A stretch of 64,000 bases of DNA from Entomortierella parvispora E1425 (GCA_020891255.1 BQFW01000011.1:1860001-1924000); one strand, 5' to 3'. Counted from the first letter of the stretch, positions 26,162 through 38,848 are shown. Numbers and translations are program-made. Notes: a model not told the origin generated them from the letters alone.

Positions 26162-28217
26162 CTATGCAACATGAATGCGGTCACGGTCGCCATCTGTCAA
26201 GAACAGGCTCTCCGTGTCCCAACCTTTGCTCTCCATGACCTCGACTAGCCTTGGGACTGTCTCTAATGTTAAACTGTGGGCGGACCTCACAGCATCTAAT
26301 GGCTGCAATGATAATGTCGTTGAGGACAGCAGCTGTCTTGTGGCGCACGCGTGGTAGAATCCTTGCACCACATCCTGGCTTGTCGCCGTCTTGTCAAACC
26401 AGATGACGACCTTTCCCTTGCAAAGACGACTGCCTGTGCCACTACTCGTTCTTTGACTATGGGCCCCAACAGAGTCATCCACCATGATGTAGTATCGCTC
26501 CTTTTGCACAAAATCCCCTTGTCTCAACGCTCGCTCCAGGTTAGCAGCTCCAGCGCCTTGGCTTGAGAATCGACTGATGGCTGGCTCAATATCAATGCCG
26601 ATATTGAAAGGAGATCGGAAGGACGTTACGAAAACCTCGTCGTGGGCTATTTCCTTGGGCGTTGGCACGATCCGCTCCAATTGACTCTTCAATGTCACTT
26701 CCTTGTCCTTTGTTGATGTCTGTAAATCCTTCAAGACTCCGTGAAAGACGGTTTCCGCTCTTGGCACATTGAGTGAGGGTGTTGTGACATAATGACTGGA
26801 TCGGTAGTTGGAGTAAATATTGAAGATTGAGAAGGGCAAAAAAGTCAGGCACATAGGCACCAAAGGCAAGACTGTTGGATCCGCGGAGACATGGTTCATC
26901 ATAGCGGCTATGACCACTCCCAGTCCAGTTCCTACAGACAAACAAGAACAAGGCGTGAGACCGCTGTTTCATTCAAAGATCTCCGAGCTTCATAGAACAA
27001 TAAAATCCCCTTCGTACCAACGAGTCCCGCTGCTGTCGTTTGAGATCCTGACTTTCCAGTGATATCTCCCAGGCTATAGAATAATTGTGTCCTGAATTAG
27101 TACCGGTAGGCTTTCCCAAAAGCAAATGCCACCACCATTGTTACCACATACTTGTCTCTCAAAGCAAAAGTCTTGTTCATCTGCGCCCGCGTGGCAGAGC
27201 TGGCCAGCCATGCCATGTTCTTGCCTGCAACATGGAGATTAAAAAGAAAATGGATCAAAATCACGCCAATTGTGGATCGTCTGCCTCGTTTTTTTTTCAT
27301 CTGCATCATCAGCACATCAATCATAGACGCTGAGAAGCATACCGATGTTGGAGACTGAAGCGATCAGGAGAAACGATCCTGGCCAAAGAGGCGTCAGCAG
27401 CTCCAGTACGTTAGCGCCCTGCATTGCGACCGTTGCCTGGAAACGGAATCGTTTGGGTTCCGAATCAAACTTGTCACTGACAAAAGAGGCGTAGACGACT
27501 CCACCGAGTTGACCTAGTCCGTCTTTGATGATCCAGTTGAGGGCAGCCGCCATCGGGATAGATCCTGCTCCCAAGCCCATTGCGAACAAGAGGGATTGCG
27601 TCGAGATAACTAAAAGCAAGTTGGAAGATGTGGAAGAGATCCGATAAGGAGCTGGTCCTGCTAAAAATGCTCCTCTGTTTCGATCCATTTCCGCTTTTTT
27701 TTGCGATCTCCCATCCCGGATGCTACACACCTGCCGATACCGATCCAGTGACATTATGCACAAACTGCCACTTGGCATACGGCCAGTAGTTGGGAGTTAC
27801 AGATTCGGGAAAGCCCTTGGGAAGAAAGACGGCCAGGGCAGTTTGGGGCGACAAGAGCTGCTCAACAGTCTTTTCGCTGGAATCGGCACTGCCATCGGTA
27901 TCACTCTTGGCTGTCGGTGAGGGTTGGAAGGAAAAGGTGTTGTCGCTTTGGTCTTTAGACATTGTCAGGGTCATCCATTTCGGCAGCCATGTTCCTGATT
28001 TCCGTTGTCGGACCGTGAATGTGTCTGAATGCGAGGATGGCTCTTTCCGTTGAGATGCATCCGAGGCCGGGTCGTCTGTTGTGATGAAGCGGGTGATGAT
28101 GCGAGGATGAAGATGCGATCGGGTCGAGATGACCTGGGTCTGCCGCGACTTGATCAGCCGAGTCCATCGGACCTGAGGCGAGGCTGCGTGGGCAACTCGC
28201 ACCGAGTGGGGCAGCAT
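26162..28217 (-). CDS. RUS1: RUS1 / DUF647 family protein, multi-exon
   Basis: VFLPKGFPESVTPNY, LSTQSLLFAMGLG, AAALNWIIKDGLGQLG, FDSEPKRFRF, SLNVPRAE. Arg/Ser-rich N-terminus resembling a mitochondrial presequence. Confidence 0.9.
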
Positions 28218-30316
28218 CCTGTACAGTGCTCTATCTGTCTGTGCGGTGCAGACAAAAGAACAAAGAGAGTGAAGGAACAAAGGAACAGAAACGCACAAAG
28301 GGACAAGGAAGAAAGGAAAGAAAAGTGGCCGGGACAATGCAGCGGAAGGGAACGAACGATATCGCACGGCGCACCGTCTGAGTCAAAAAGTCAAAAAAGC
28401 GCGTCTGTCTTGCGAGCCTTTTTGGCTCTCGGATCAGGATTGACAGATTGACAGATTGACAGACACAGCCATGCCATGCAGTCCATGCCTGCCTGGGCGG
28501 GCAACATGGTTGTCCTTTAGGGCATTTGCACCATCTCTTTCAGCCATCTGGGCGCCATGGTTCCTTTGTTCGTCCATGTTTCTTACTGTCAATCAACGTC
28601 AACGGTGTGCCTTTATCGTGTGATCTCTGCTCTTCGATCAGGGTGTTTGCCAAAGGACTTCTCCTCAGCCCTAGATCGCTCTTTCAATGCCCAAAGTGAA
28701 GACACTATGATTGACTCTTCAAGAAGGCATGGCAACTAGACAATGGCTATTGCAAGATTTCTTTGATGGGTGAAGCGGCCATGGGATGCGGGGAGGGAAT
28801 AGATATGTGGAGAGCAAGAAAGTATTATCGTCAAGGCAGTCATCGTCACGCCCAATCGCGCTCAAGGACTGTGGGAGAAGGACGATCGTTCGATCTTCAA
28901 GTCTTTTTTTCTCTCCCCTTTTCGCGTGTCTTTCGTCATAGCTACGCTCTCGAACCCCGTAGTGACACCCGCCTACTTACTTTCTAGTCGGAGAGTTCCA
29001 AGATCTCGACGCGCCGTGTGAAAAGCCTACGGAGGATCCTTCGGCATACTGGTCCGTGTTGCTTCCTTCAGACGGATCTGGACTTCCGCAGCCGCCAAGC
29101 AGTGATCCCCGTCCCTGCATCAGAGGACAATCCTGTTTGAGCTCTACGGAGTATGGACTCTAATTGCTATTGTCAGCCTTCCAGAAATACAAGGAGGTAC
29201 GACATGAGTAACTGCAACTGGAGCCCATGAACAATGCACTCAACCTAGACAAGGCCATTGTCTCAATGTGCGCGAGAGCGATCAAAACAGCCGGTGGCCC
29301 CAGTTCATCCACAGAGGAGGAACCAGTTTCGGCCCCTCTCCGTTGCTCGCCCTTCACTCCTCCAGACTTGCCTTTTTTTTTTCTTGGATTTTCTTGCGCG
29401 ACGCCCTCCATAACTTTGTCCCTGACGCATGTTTTTTTTTGTTCTAGGTTGCTGTCGCGCTTGACTCCTGAATACGTGTTGTTTCTTTTTTTTTTTCTCT
29501 CCTGGCTCTCAATATCATAGCAAAGAAAAAAGACGCCTCCTACATTTTTTTTCCCTACTTGTGGAGGCTAATATCGTAGACGGGCTTTTTCCTCATGAGA
29601 AACGTAGTGTAAGCATTGAAACAAGATCGAAACAAGATCCAGGAGTTGCGTTATGAAGAGGTGAGGAGTAGAACAAGGAGATATACTGCAGAGTAGAGAA
29701 GACTTTCCCTTCTCTTTTTTTTCTTTTTGTTGTTTTTACTTCGAGGCGCTCACGGCTCCGCTTTTGCGCCTACTTGGGGTCATGTCTGTCGTCTGTGCGC
29801 TGACGCGACTGCAAATAGAACCCGGAGTGTTGGGCCCTTCGAGGAGCTTGCGATTGGATCAGAGTTCATCCCAATCGACGAAATAAAAAACAGCAGAGGA
29901 CAAACTCAACTCGTTGGTAAGGCCCACCCAGGAGTAGGATCATTCGGGACCCCAAAGAGACTGCAGCTCGACAGTTTCATTAAACTGTCCATGGTTCTTG
30001 AGTGACCAATTCGGCAACAAGGACAAGTTTGCTTGACTCTCTCTTGCTTCTTTCCTCTATAAAACGCAAGAAGTAAGTCCTCTTTTTTTTTTTTTTTTTT
30101 TTTAGGTACTCATCTTCTTGATCATTTTCCATCCTTCATCATCTGCATTCAGCATTTTTGCATAGGTTCCTACTCTCACTCCGCCCTTCCACCTTCCCCA
30201 CCCTCTTATTTTTCCACCCCCTGCACTCTCTCACCCGCACGCATACTCGGTCGCAGACACACACCTCGACCGCGACAGCACCACCATAAGCATCCAATTA
30301 CAACTCCATAGCAACC

Positions 30317-32005
30317 ATGAAGATCTCAGCTCTTATCCTCCTCTCCGCTGCCGCAGCCATTGCCTGTGCCCACGATGGCCCCCAACACAAGGCTCAGCGT
30401 GAAGAACTCTATGCTCGCAACCGATTCGCGAGCGCACTCTCTCAGCCCGAATCGATGGAAAAGCGCGAGATTCCTATTGTTGGAGGCCTCCTGAAAGGCC
30501 TTCCTGTAGTAGGACAATTGACGAAGCGCGAGATTCCTATTGTTGGGGGCCTCCTGAAAGGCCTTCCTGTAGTAGGACAATTGACGAAGCGCGAGATTCC
30601 TATTGTTGGAGGCCTCCTGAAAGGCCTTCCTGTAGTAGGACAATTGACGAAGCGCGAGATTCCTATTGTTGGAGGCCTCCTGAAAGGCCTTCCTGTAGTA
30701 GGACAATTGACGAAACGCGATTCGGAAGGGGAGGAAGGGGAAGGTGAGGCTGAAGACCTTATGAAGCGAAATAACGAAGATGAGGTTGAATGCGAAGAGG
30801 GAGGTGATGACAACGATGACAACGATGACAACCCTCCACACCATGGCGATCATGATGGTGATCACGACGGAAACCGCCCACACCACGGTGGCCATGACGG
30901 CGATCATGATGGACATCACTCACACCATGGAGGTGACCACGACGGCGATCACCCTCACTATGGGGGCGATGGAGATCATTACCCTCACCATGGAGGCGAT
31001 AGAGATCATCGTCCTCATCACCCTCACCATGGAGGCGATAGAGATCATCGTCCTCATCACCCTCACCATGGAGGCGATAGAGATCATCGTCCTCATCACC
31101 CTCACCATGGAGGCGATACAGATCATCGTCCTCATCACCCACATCATGGTGGTGATGGCGATCATCATCCTCACCGCCCACACTACCCTCACCACGGCGA
31201 CCATGGACATGGCCACCACTCTCACGATAACGATAACGATAACAATGATGGTCTTTGCGATTGTGACCGCCAAGGTGGACATCACGGCCATTCTCACCAT
31301 GGTGGCGACCACGGCGTTGGTCATCATCGTGACCATGATGGTGACATCAACATTGACTTGGATCTCGAGGCTATTATCGAGGCAAAGATCAGGGTCATTG
31401 CCAAAGCTTATATCAGCATCGTGGTGGACGCCGTTCTTGACATCAAGGCCGATATCCTGGCCAAGATCCTTCTCAAGCTGAACATTGATGTCAAGGTCCA
31501 CGTTGATCTGGTAGCCAAGATCAAGGGTAAGGATCGATCCTCCTGTTCGACCGCTCTGAAAAAAAAAATTCTATCAAGTGCCTGATCTCTAATTTTTTTT
31601 CCCCCTCTTTCTCTCTCCCTCTCTCTTTTATCAGCCATCGTCAATGCTCGCGTGGATGCGATCGTCAAGGTCTACGTCAACGCCGACATCAAGGCCCGTA
31701 TCGGCGATACCGTGCACGGTCACTGCTCCCACTCTTGCGGCTCAGATGTCGATTCCGGCATCTTGGCAGACATCACGGCGGCGATCAAGATTGACCTTGG
31801 CAAGATCTTGGTGGACCTCGATGCAGATGTCTTGGCCGACATCAGGGTTCGCTTGAACGCTTTGGGACTCAAGGTCAGGGCGGATGTGGACCTCCATCTC
31901 GGATTGGACCTCGGTGCCATCCTGGGTGATCTCCTGGGCGACTGCAGACATGCCCACCCAGCCATCATGGCCGACTTGAAGCTGGCCATCAAAGCCAAGG
32001 TTTAA
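30317..32005 (+). CDS. Secreted Kex2-processed repeat protein (KEP): signal peptide, 4x KR-EIPIVGGLLKGLPVVGQLT, acidic spacer, His/Asp-rich region, aliphatic C-terminal domain (about 526 aa)
   Basis: Signal peptide MKISALILLSAAAAIACA. Exon 1 30317-31526, GT-AG intron 31527-31634, exon 2 31635-32005 in frame. TATA-like TATAAAA near 30058. Confidence 0.9.
30461..30718 (+). repeat. Coding tandem repeat, 4 x 63 bp plus a closing KR
   Basis: Units begin at 30461, 30524, 30587 and 30650 (AAGCGCGAGATTCCTATTGTTGG...). One synonymous GGA/GGG difference, in unit 2. Confidence 0.97.
30983..31150 (+). repeat. Coding tandem repeat, about 4 x 39 bp (GGD[R/T]DHRPHHPHH)
   Basis: Recurring GGAGGCGATAGAGATCATCGTCCTCATCACCCTCACCAT units. 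Confidence 0.9.
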
Positions 32006-32292
32006 AAAAAGAATAATGCACCCCTTCACACATTGCATCTCTTCTCCATATACGACTATATTTACAGCGCAAACTTTTTTTCATTTGAAAAAAAAAAAAA
32101 AAAAAAACAAGTTGATTGCACCCTAAACAGTTCAAATTGGAGAGATGTGGTGTGGGCAGATATGGAGTCGACAGAGAACAAGGGCCAGGGTCAAGAATCA
32201 GATACCAGACGAGATGTTTATTTGAGATCCATGTGAAATATGAAAAATCAATGGTATAGCAAGAACAGCAGGCAGGAACAAGAAGAGGTACT

Positions 32293-34151
32293 CTAGACGC
32301 GTCCAAGGATCCGAGGGTTCATCATAAACTTGAGTACCACGCACAAGACTGCACCTGCACCCATCATCAGTCCCGCCCAAAGCTGCATCGGACGGTAATC
32401 CTTACTATCGCTCAAATCCAAGATGGCGCCTCCAACGGGGGATCCGATCAGACTGCCAATGGCAATTCCACCATAAACAATACCAGTAACACTAGCCATA
32501 CGGGCGATACCGCAGAGATGGGCCGCAACGGTGGGGATGATGGACACAAAACTACCAGAGAAGAAACCGTAGGTGATGCAGAAGAGTGTCATCAAAGCCA
32601 AAGATGTGCCAGCGAGAAGCCAGAGAGTGAGGATGCTGAGGGAGGCAAAGAGACAGGAGATCAAGAGCGTGTTGACATCTCCAATGAAGTCACTAGCAAG
32701 ACCCATGCTGACTCGGCCCACGGCACTGGCACCGTTGAGAACACCAATGAGTAGGGAAGCAGTCGATACGGAAGCACCATGGGTTTGCGCGTATCCTACG
32801 AGAGATGGAAATAGTATTGTTTAGATGAATCCTCAAGGTACCTACTGCGTATGGAAGGGGTCATAGCAACTTACGAGGAAAGTAATAAAAGGGGTTGAAG
32901 TATCCATTGGCGGAAGAGAGACCAATCAGGAACAAGACAAGGAACCGTTTCTCTTTCAGAGCCGAGAAATCAAGCGAGTTCTTTTTCTTTGTTGGTGCTT
33001 CATCGATCGCCTCCACTCCCTCAGTCGAGGCCTTCTCGTCTTCGCTTCCAGTCGTAGAGGCTGCAGCCATGCCTCGATCAGAATGCTCTCTCTTCAGGCG
33101 CTTAGCTAGATCTTTGCCAGATTCGATGCGAGACTTGAACAGGTAGGCGGCAGGGATAACAATTCCCAGGTGGAGGAAGGCCATGACCCGAACCGTCCAT
33201 CGGTATCCAATTTTCGAAAACAATGCTGTGGTCAATGGCGAGAGCGCCAGTCCGCCAATGCCTCCGCCTCCAACCACAATTCCGGTTGCGAATCCGCGTC
33301 GCCTTTTGGGAACAAAAGTAAAGTTTGTGTCACAACAACATGATTAGTTTTTTTGTTTTTTTTCAATTGCTTCCTTCTCGGACAAACAAGAATCAACAGA
33401 ACCCCGGGTCTTACCTCTTGAAGTATTGTGAGGGTAGTGCCAATGATGGAAAGAAGGCAAGACTTGCTCCAAAGCCATATGTGATGCCTTGAAAGATGTA
33501 AAGTTCCCAGACTTGGGTCGAGAAGGAGGTGGCGAGCAAGGAGAGACACATCAAGATCCCTCCAATACAGCAGCTGATTCGGAAGCCAAAGTGATCTGCG
33601 AGCTGACCCGTAATGGGTCCTGTAAGGTCCATACCGATAATCTGCATGGTGCCAACCCATGACAGCTCAAAGGTTGAGGCGTTGCTGTACTCATTGGTGC
33701 TGTATCGGTTCTATCCCGTTGAAGAAGATCCAGAGTGAGTCAAAGACACAACAAAAAATTATCAGCATAGGGCTCCAGAAGTGATCTACTGTTGCGACAG
33801 TACCTCATAGACACCGTAGCCATTGACGGTGCCAATGACCATGAATTGAACAAAGAACGCGGCTGCGACAACAATCCAGCCGTAGGGGTCATCCTCTAGG
33901 TTGTCATGATGGGCCTCGACCATTCCCTGTTCCATTTTGTCTTCGGTCGTTGGAAGATCTGAAATAGCCGCCTCATCGTTATTGCTCCCCTGAATGACTA
34001 AGGGGGCAACGAGTGTTCCTGGGGGAGGAGTGATAATCTCCTCTGCCAGCTCTCGTAGCTGATGGTGCTGTTCCTCTTGAGTATGTTGGTCCGTTGCGAC
34101 AACGGCTCCTTCCGTCTGATGTTTGTTCAAGTCGTCATCCTGGTGTTGCAT
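32293..34151 (-). CDS. MFS transporter, monocarboxylate porter (MCT/MCH) family, paralog 1, multi-exon
   Basis: DDPYGWIVVAAAF, GQLADHFGFR, PSQYFKRRRG, ATGIVVGGGGIGGL, GRVSMGLASD, IGSLIGSPVGGAILD. Confidence 0.92.
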
Positions 34152-34925
34152 TCTATTCTCCGTTTGGTCTGTGGAATAATATATCTTGAGCCGAAAATAA
34201 CGTGCGAAAGAAAGAGAAGGAAGAGAGATAGATGGGCGAGGTGAAGACTATATATATTGAACAAGCGCTACGCCCTGTCGTTCTTTGCCCACATAGGAGT
34301 CACTGGCCGTGCAGCCCCATTTGTCATCTGGAAAAAGAATGGTTTGCTGGGAGTGGTTCAACCTTGAGACAAGAGAGTTAAAGCAGGACAAGATCCGTGG
34401 GCAAAAAAAATCAAACCGGGCGTTTTTTTTTTTTTTTCAACGTTTCTCGCGTGTCGCTCTGCCTGCCTCTCCTTTAATTCTTTAATTTTCCGGTTTTTTT
34501 GTCCGAAGAGAGTTGATGGGGGTGAAGGGGTGGGTAAATGTTTGTAGACAAAAGACACTGTGGTTGAGATGGACCCCTATGAGTCGCAAAAGAGTGTCTT
34601 TGCTTTGGTTCCCGATCCGAACTCAACAAGAGAATCGTAGGACCGTACCCTCGTGGCCAGCGCCCCACTGCGGCAAGTTGAACACCGATCCTCAAACTGC
34701 ACAGTCAAAGTGCCTTTTGGCCGTCACCTCAAATTCAAAAATAAAAGCTCTCTTCCCCCTCATTCTTATTTTTACTTGCGATTTGCATTCGCCCTCCATT
34801 CCGCGTTTTGAAGACCAGATCTACAGGAAACTTATCCTAGATCCATAGGTGAGAGAGAGAGACAGGTCTTTATTTCAAGCAATTGCCGAAAGCACAAGGC
34901 GATGTGCAATGCAACGCATGCTGCA

Positions 34926-36227
34926 TTACATGTACTCCTGACAAACATCATAGTAGATCTGGTACTCCACAGGGGCCATGCGCTCGCGATGCTCGTCAGT
35001 CGTCTCGAGGAGGGACACCATATTGGCTGCCACTGGCACTGAAGGAAAACTGACACCCTTATAATATTCGCCCGTAGCCTGGACCTTGTCTTGAGACAGA
35101 GCAAGTTCATCGCATGGCCTGTCCTTGTAGCAGTTGATGATGTCTAGTGTAGAGGCGCCATACATCAGTTCAACTTCATGTCCTCATATATAGAGAAATC
35201 GGTCCTGATCATTACTCACAATCATCGAGTTCAGCTTCACGACCTGTGGACATTATGAATGCACCGTCTTTGACATTGTGCTCCAGAAACTCTTCGCTCC
35301 CATCCCTCGTTGTCGCGATTGGGTCCCCAGTGATACAGCTCTTGATGAACCAAGGCACAGGTTCGTTACCTCGTTTGTGTTTACTTTTTCCGGCCCCCGC
35401 CTGTTTGATATCGTTCTGTCTGACAACCTGAAAGGGAACACTTTCTGCACATTCGGGCACGTTGTCTTTTAAGAGAATGTTTGTTTGTCAATACATTAGT
35501 TGTGGGATGCTCGAGCAAAGGGTTGAACATTCTGTACTCTTCACCAGAAGCTAAAGCTGCTACGTTTTTGGACGCAATTATGGCAGTATATTGCTCGATT
35601 ACATAGGCCTCTTTGTTTGCCAACCATCTAAGAGAAAGGGTTCATATCATCAACTCTCAAAATCCAAGTGTAGAATCTGGGCCAACATGTAAGCCAGAGT
35701 TCCATTAAAGTCAGATCTTATACCTCCTTCTCATTTCCTCTGAGTGTTCCCTCTCGTTGGTGACCAAAGGATCCAAAAGGAGGCCGTCTGCTGGACACGC
35801 AAATCTAGCCTTTGCGCTGTCGAATGAATGTGCGACATCAACCTGCGTGAAAGTGCTGCCACCAGAGGGGCAACTGTATGCATCGCTGACAGCGGTGTTC
35901 ATTTTCAGATGTTGATCGATCTTGTGGATCTTGAACTTGATCAAGTCTACAAAGGTTTTGTAGTCCAGATAGTAGAGCACGACAGGAGTTGTTTTTCTTT
36001 ATCCAGGGTTCATCGCCTCCTTGTCAGAGTATCTATAATGATAACATAGGAGAGGTAGTTGTTAGGTATTACATCTCATTTGATCCGGGGCCATGTCTTC
36101 AAAGCAGAGCAAGCTGTTTACTCATTGATGAGTTTGTCTCCCAAAAGCTTGCCGCAAATTTTGTGGGTCTCAGCCTTTGATAACTTCAGGACAGATGTGA
36201 GGTCATCATCTCGAACCCTGTTCATTC

Positions 36228-36261
<34 letters not shown>

Positions 36262-36471
36262 GAGGCAAAGTCAGTTGGACTAAACTTAGTGAAACAGCTA
36301 CAGCTTTTTGTTGCACCACAGACTTCCTAAAGCAGGATGTGCTCACTGTCGAAGTTGACCGATGAGATCCAAAGCAACAACATGCTTGGGCTCGTAGAAG
36401 ACGCGGCCCACTCCGAAGATCAACTCGTCCAACACCTGTTTCTTCTGTGGAGAGAGTAGGCTGGTGCTCAT
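34926..36471 (-). pseudogene. TFA1: Diverged TFIIE alpha (Tfa1) paralog with an in-frame stop and a degenerate Zn ribbon
   Basis: Spliced reading gives RVFYEPKHVVALDLI..VRDDDL..LLGDKLI, then YYLDYKTFVDLIKFKIHKI, PVPWF..S.ITG, and PSVPVA..TDEHRERMAPVEYQIYY, collinear with Tfa1. In-frame TAA at 35999-36001. Zn knuckles read CPSG and CPAD. Confidence 0.75.
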
Positions 36472-37646
36472 TTTCAAGGTATTTGTGGCGGTCCTTTGGC
36501 TCGCTGACAAAACATGCGGTGCGAGGCAGGGAGACAGAGAGAGAGGAGGATAAAGACAGGCGGATAAAGACTGGCGATCGAAAAGCAATAATGAACAACG
36601 ATTTATTTTCAAAAGATAGAGAGATAAAGAGAGATAGAGAGAAAGAGAGAGAGAGACAGATCGAGCGGGTCAAGAGGGAACGCTCGACGAATGCAGCAAT
36701 GGAATGGAGGAAAGAAAGTGAATGCATTCGCGTCGTGCAGTTCATAGAGCTATATATGAAGGAAGGTTGAAAGAGCCTGAAAAGGATCCCGCGATCTGCT
36801 GTAGTTCTGTTCCAGCAGGTGGTCTGCAGTGCAGACAGACAGCTGCCAGTTTGCCACCAAGACACAAGACGACCAAGAATCAAGAGTCAAGACAGACAAT
36901 GACGACGAGACCGTCGGTGGCACACTCAAAGTCGACAGGGCAGCCGGCATGGATGTTCTCCATAGAAGAATTCCAACGAACAACCTTGAAAAGGCCGTCC
37001 TTGGACCAGTTCAGCCGCAATGTCTCACCAGGCAGAACCCGTCCCTGGTTCCTGGATTGCCGCGCTTAGCTCAATGCGCCAGCAGGGGGGCGCCATGGAC
37101 ACCACCATGGCACGGCATGGCATGACATGGCTGCATTCATAGAGATGACTTTGGAGAATGAATGCACTTTGGAGTGTGGATCCAATGGGCTGATCTGAGA
37201 GCAAAGGGATCAGAAGAGGGGGTTTTTTTCCTCTTTTCTTTCTGGCTGGATTGTCGACTTTGGGATCGATCGCAGATCGCCCGTCTTCTTGTGGCTGTGA
37301 GAGCATCTGCAACCTGCACCTGCCTGCCACCTGTGCAGCCATTCTCCGCCATGGAGAAGGAGCGAGAAAAGAAGGAAGGGTCGCCCACCCGGATCCAACA
37401 CCGCCGTTTTGACTCTTCTTGGTCCATCCGACTCTGATCTACTGTACTCCAGCGGTCTCATCGTCGGAAGCTTGTTTCTTTCTCTCTCTCTGCCGGGTGA
37501 AAAGCAAATATAAAAGCGCTCCTCCTTCTTCTTCTTCTTCTTCTTCATCGCCACTTCAAACATCTCTCCAAGCTCGACCTCTTCTTGCTGCCAGCACGCA
37601 CCACTCGTCGCTCTCATCCTCATTGCCTTCACCACAGCACATCAAT

Positions 37647-38848
37647 ATGGACTCTCTCTCTCCCAACTCCTCCACTGCCCCCATCTCGCAGCAGCCCACA
37701 TCGACGCACGGCATGGGTGCCCAAAGATCTTTTGCCTGCGAATACGCCAGTGAAGATGAATTCACCAAGCACGGCCTCTATGGGTCCATGATGAACGCTG
37801 CCGGCAACATCCTCGGCGCCTTTGGTGCTGTCCCCTGTTGTCTTTGCTTCCCTACCCCGTACGCACCACTGAGAACTCAAATGATCTCGGCTTGAACTGG
37901 ACCTGCGGCAATGGTACTAATCGCTCGAGTCGCTTCTCTCCAAATAGTTACAAGACCGTTCCTCAGGGTCATGTTGGACTCATCACCAGATATGGTCGCT
38001 TCTACAAGATAGTCGGTATGGATCACCTGCTTTGTCTGCTTCTTTGTTTAAACAAGTCGGAGGGCTTTGCATTTTCTAACCTCGCCTCGTCGACATAGAT
38101 CCCGGCTTAACGAAGATCAACCCCGTTACAGAAAAGATGATCAAGGTCGATATCAAGATCCAGTTGGCCGATATTCCTCAACAGGTCATCATGACCAAGG
38201 ACAACGTCAACGTCTCGATCGATTCTATCTTGTTTTTCCACATCGTCAACCCTCAACAATCCATCTTTGGTGTCTCGGACGTTCGCGCTGCTCTTATTGA
38301 GAGGTGAGTGAATCCTCAAAACAGCTTGGGAAATCGAAACCAAACAAAAGTAGCCAGCCTGTCGAAACAAGGACTCTAACCCGATCTTGCTTCCTCCAAC
38401 TTTTAGGACTCAAACTACCCTTCGTCACATCTTGGGTATGCGTGTTCTTCAAGAGTTGATCGAAAACCGTGAGGCTATTGGCGAGGAGATCCAGGAGGTG
38501 ATTTCTGAACCCGCCAGCGCCTGGGGTGTCAAGGTGGAATCTGTGTTGATCAAGGATATCTCATTCTCCAAGGAGCTTCAGGAGTCCTTGTCGTCAGCTG
38601 CTCAGGCCAAGCGTATTGCCGAGGCCAAGGTCATTGGAGCCCAGGCTGAGGTCGACAGTGCAAAGCTGATGCGCGCTGCTGCTGATATCTTGAACACACC
38701 TGCCGCCATGCAGATCCGTTACTTGGAGACAATGAGCGGCATGGCCAAGGGCAGCAATACCAAGGTCATCTTCATGCCCACTTCGACAAATGGCACTGAT
38801 TCACCAGCCATGCAGGCTACTCAGTGGCAACAAGTGGCCAACCAGTAA
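37647..38848 (+). CDS. Stomatin / band-7 (SPFH) family protein, multi-exon
   Basis: VPQGHVGLITRYG, IPQQVIMTKDNVNVSIDS, QTTLRHILG, WGVKVESVLIKD, AAQAKRIAEAKVIGA, AMQIRYLETM. Confidence 0.95.

Noticed and set aside
28980-29330. Possible ncRNA (hairpin GGTCCGT...ACGGATC, CTTCGG loop) or decayed ORF in the RUS1-precursor intergenic region
   Set aside because: No convincing match to SRP, RNase P/MRP, snRNA or tRNA consensus, and the reading frames are short and broken.
30073-30105. GTAAGT...poly(T)AG mini-intron upstream of the precursor
   Set aside because: Only 33 nt, no branch point, and about 10 nt after the TATA-like box, so probably upstream of the transcription start.
30461-30718. The 63-bp tandem repeat as a CRISPR-like array
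   Set aside because: The units are contiguous with no unique spacers, are in-frame coding, and lie in a eukaryotic gene.
30326-31501. Long antisense ORFs with repeats opposite the secreted precursor
   Set aside because: Shadows of the repetitive, codon-biased sense gene. Only the + frame has a signal peptide, a splice-consistent second exon and KR logic.
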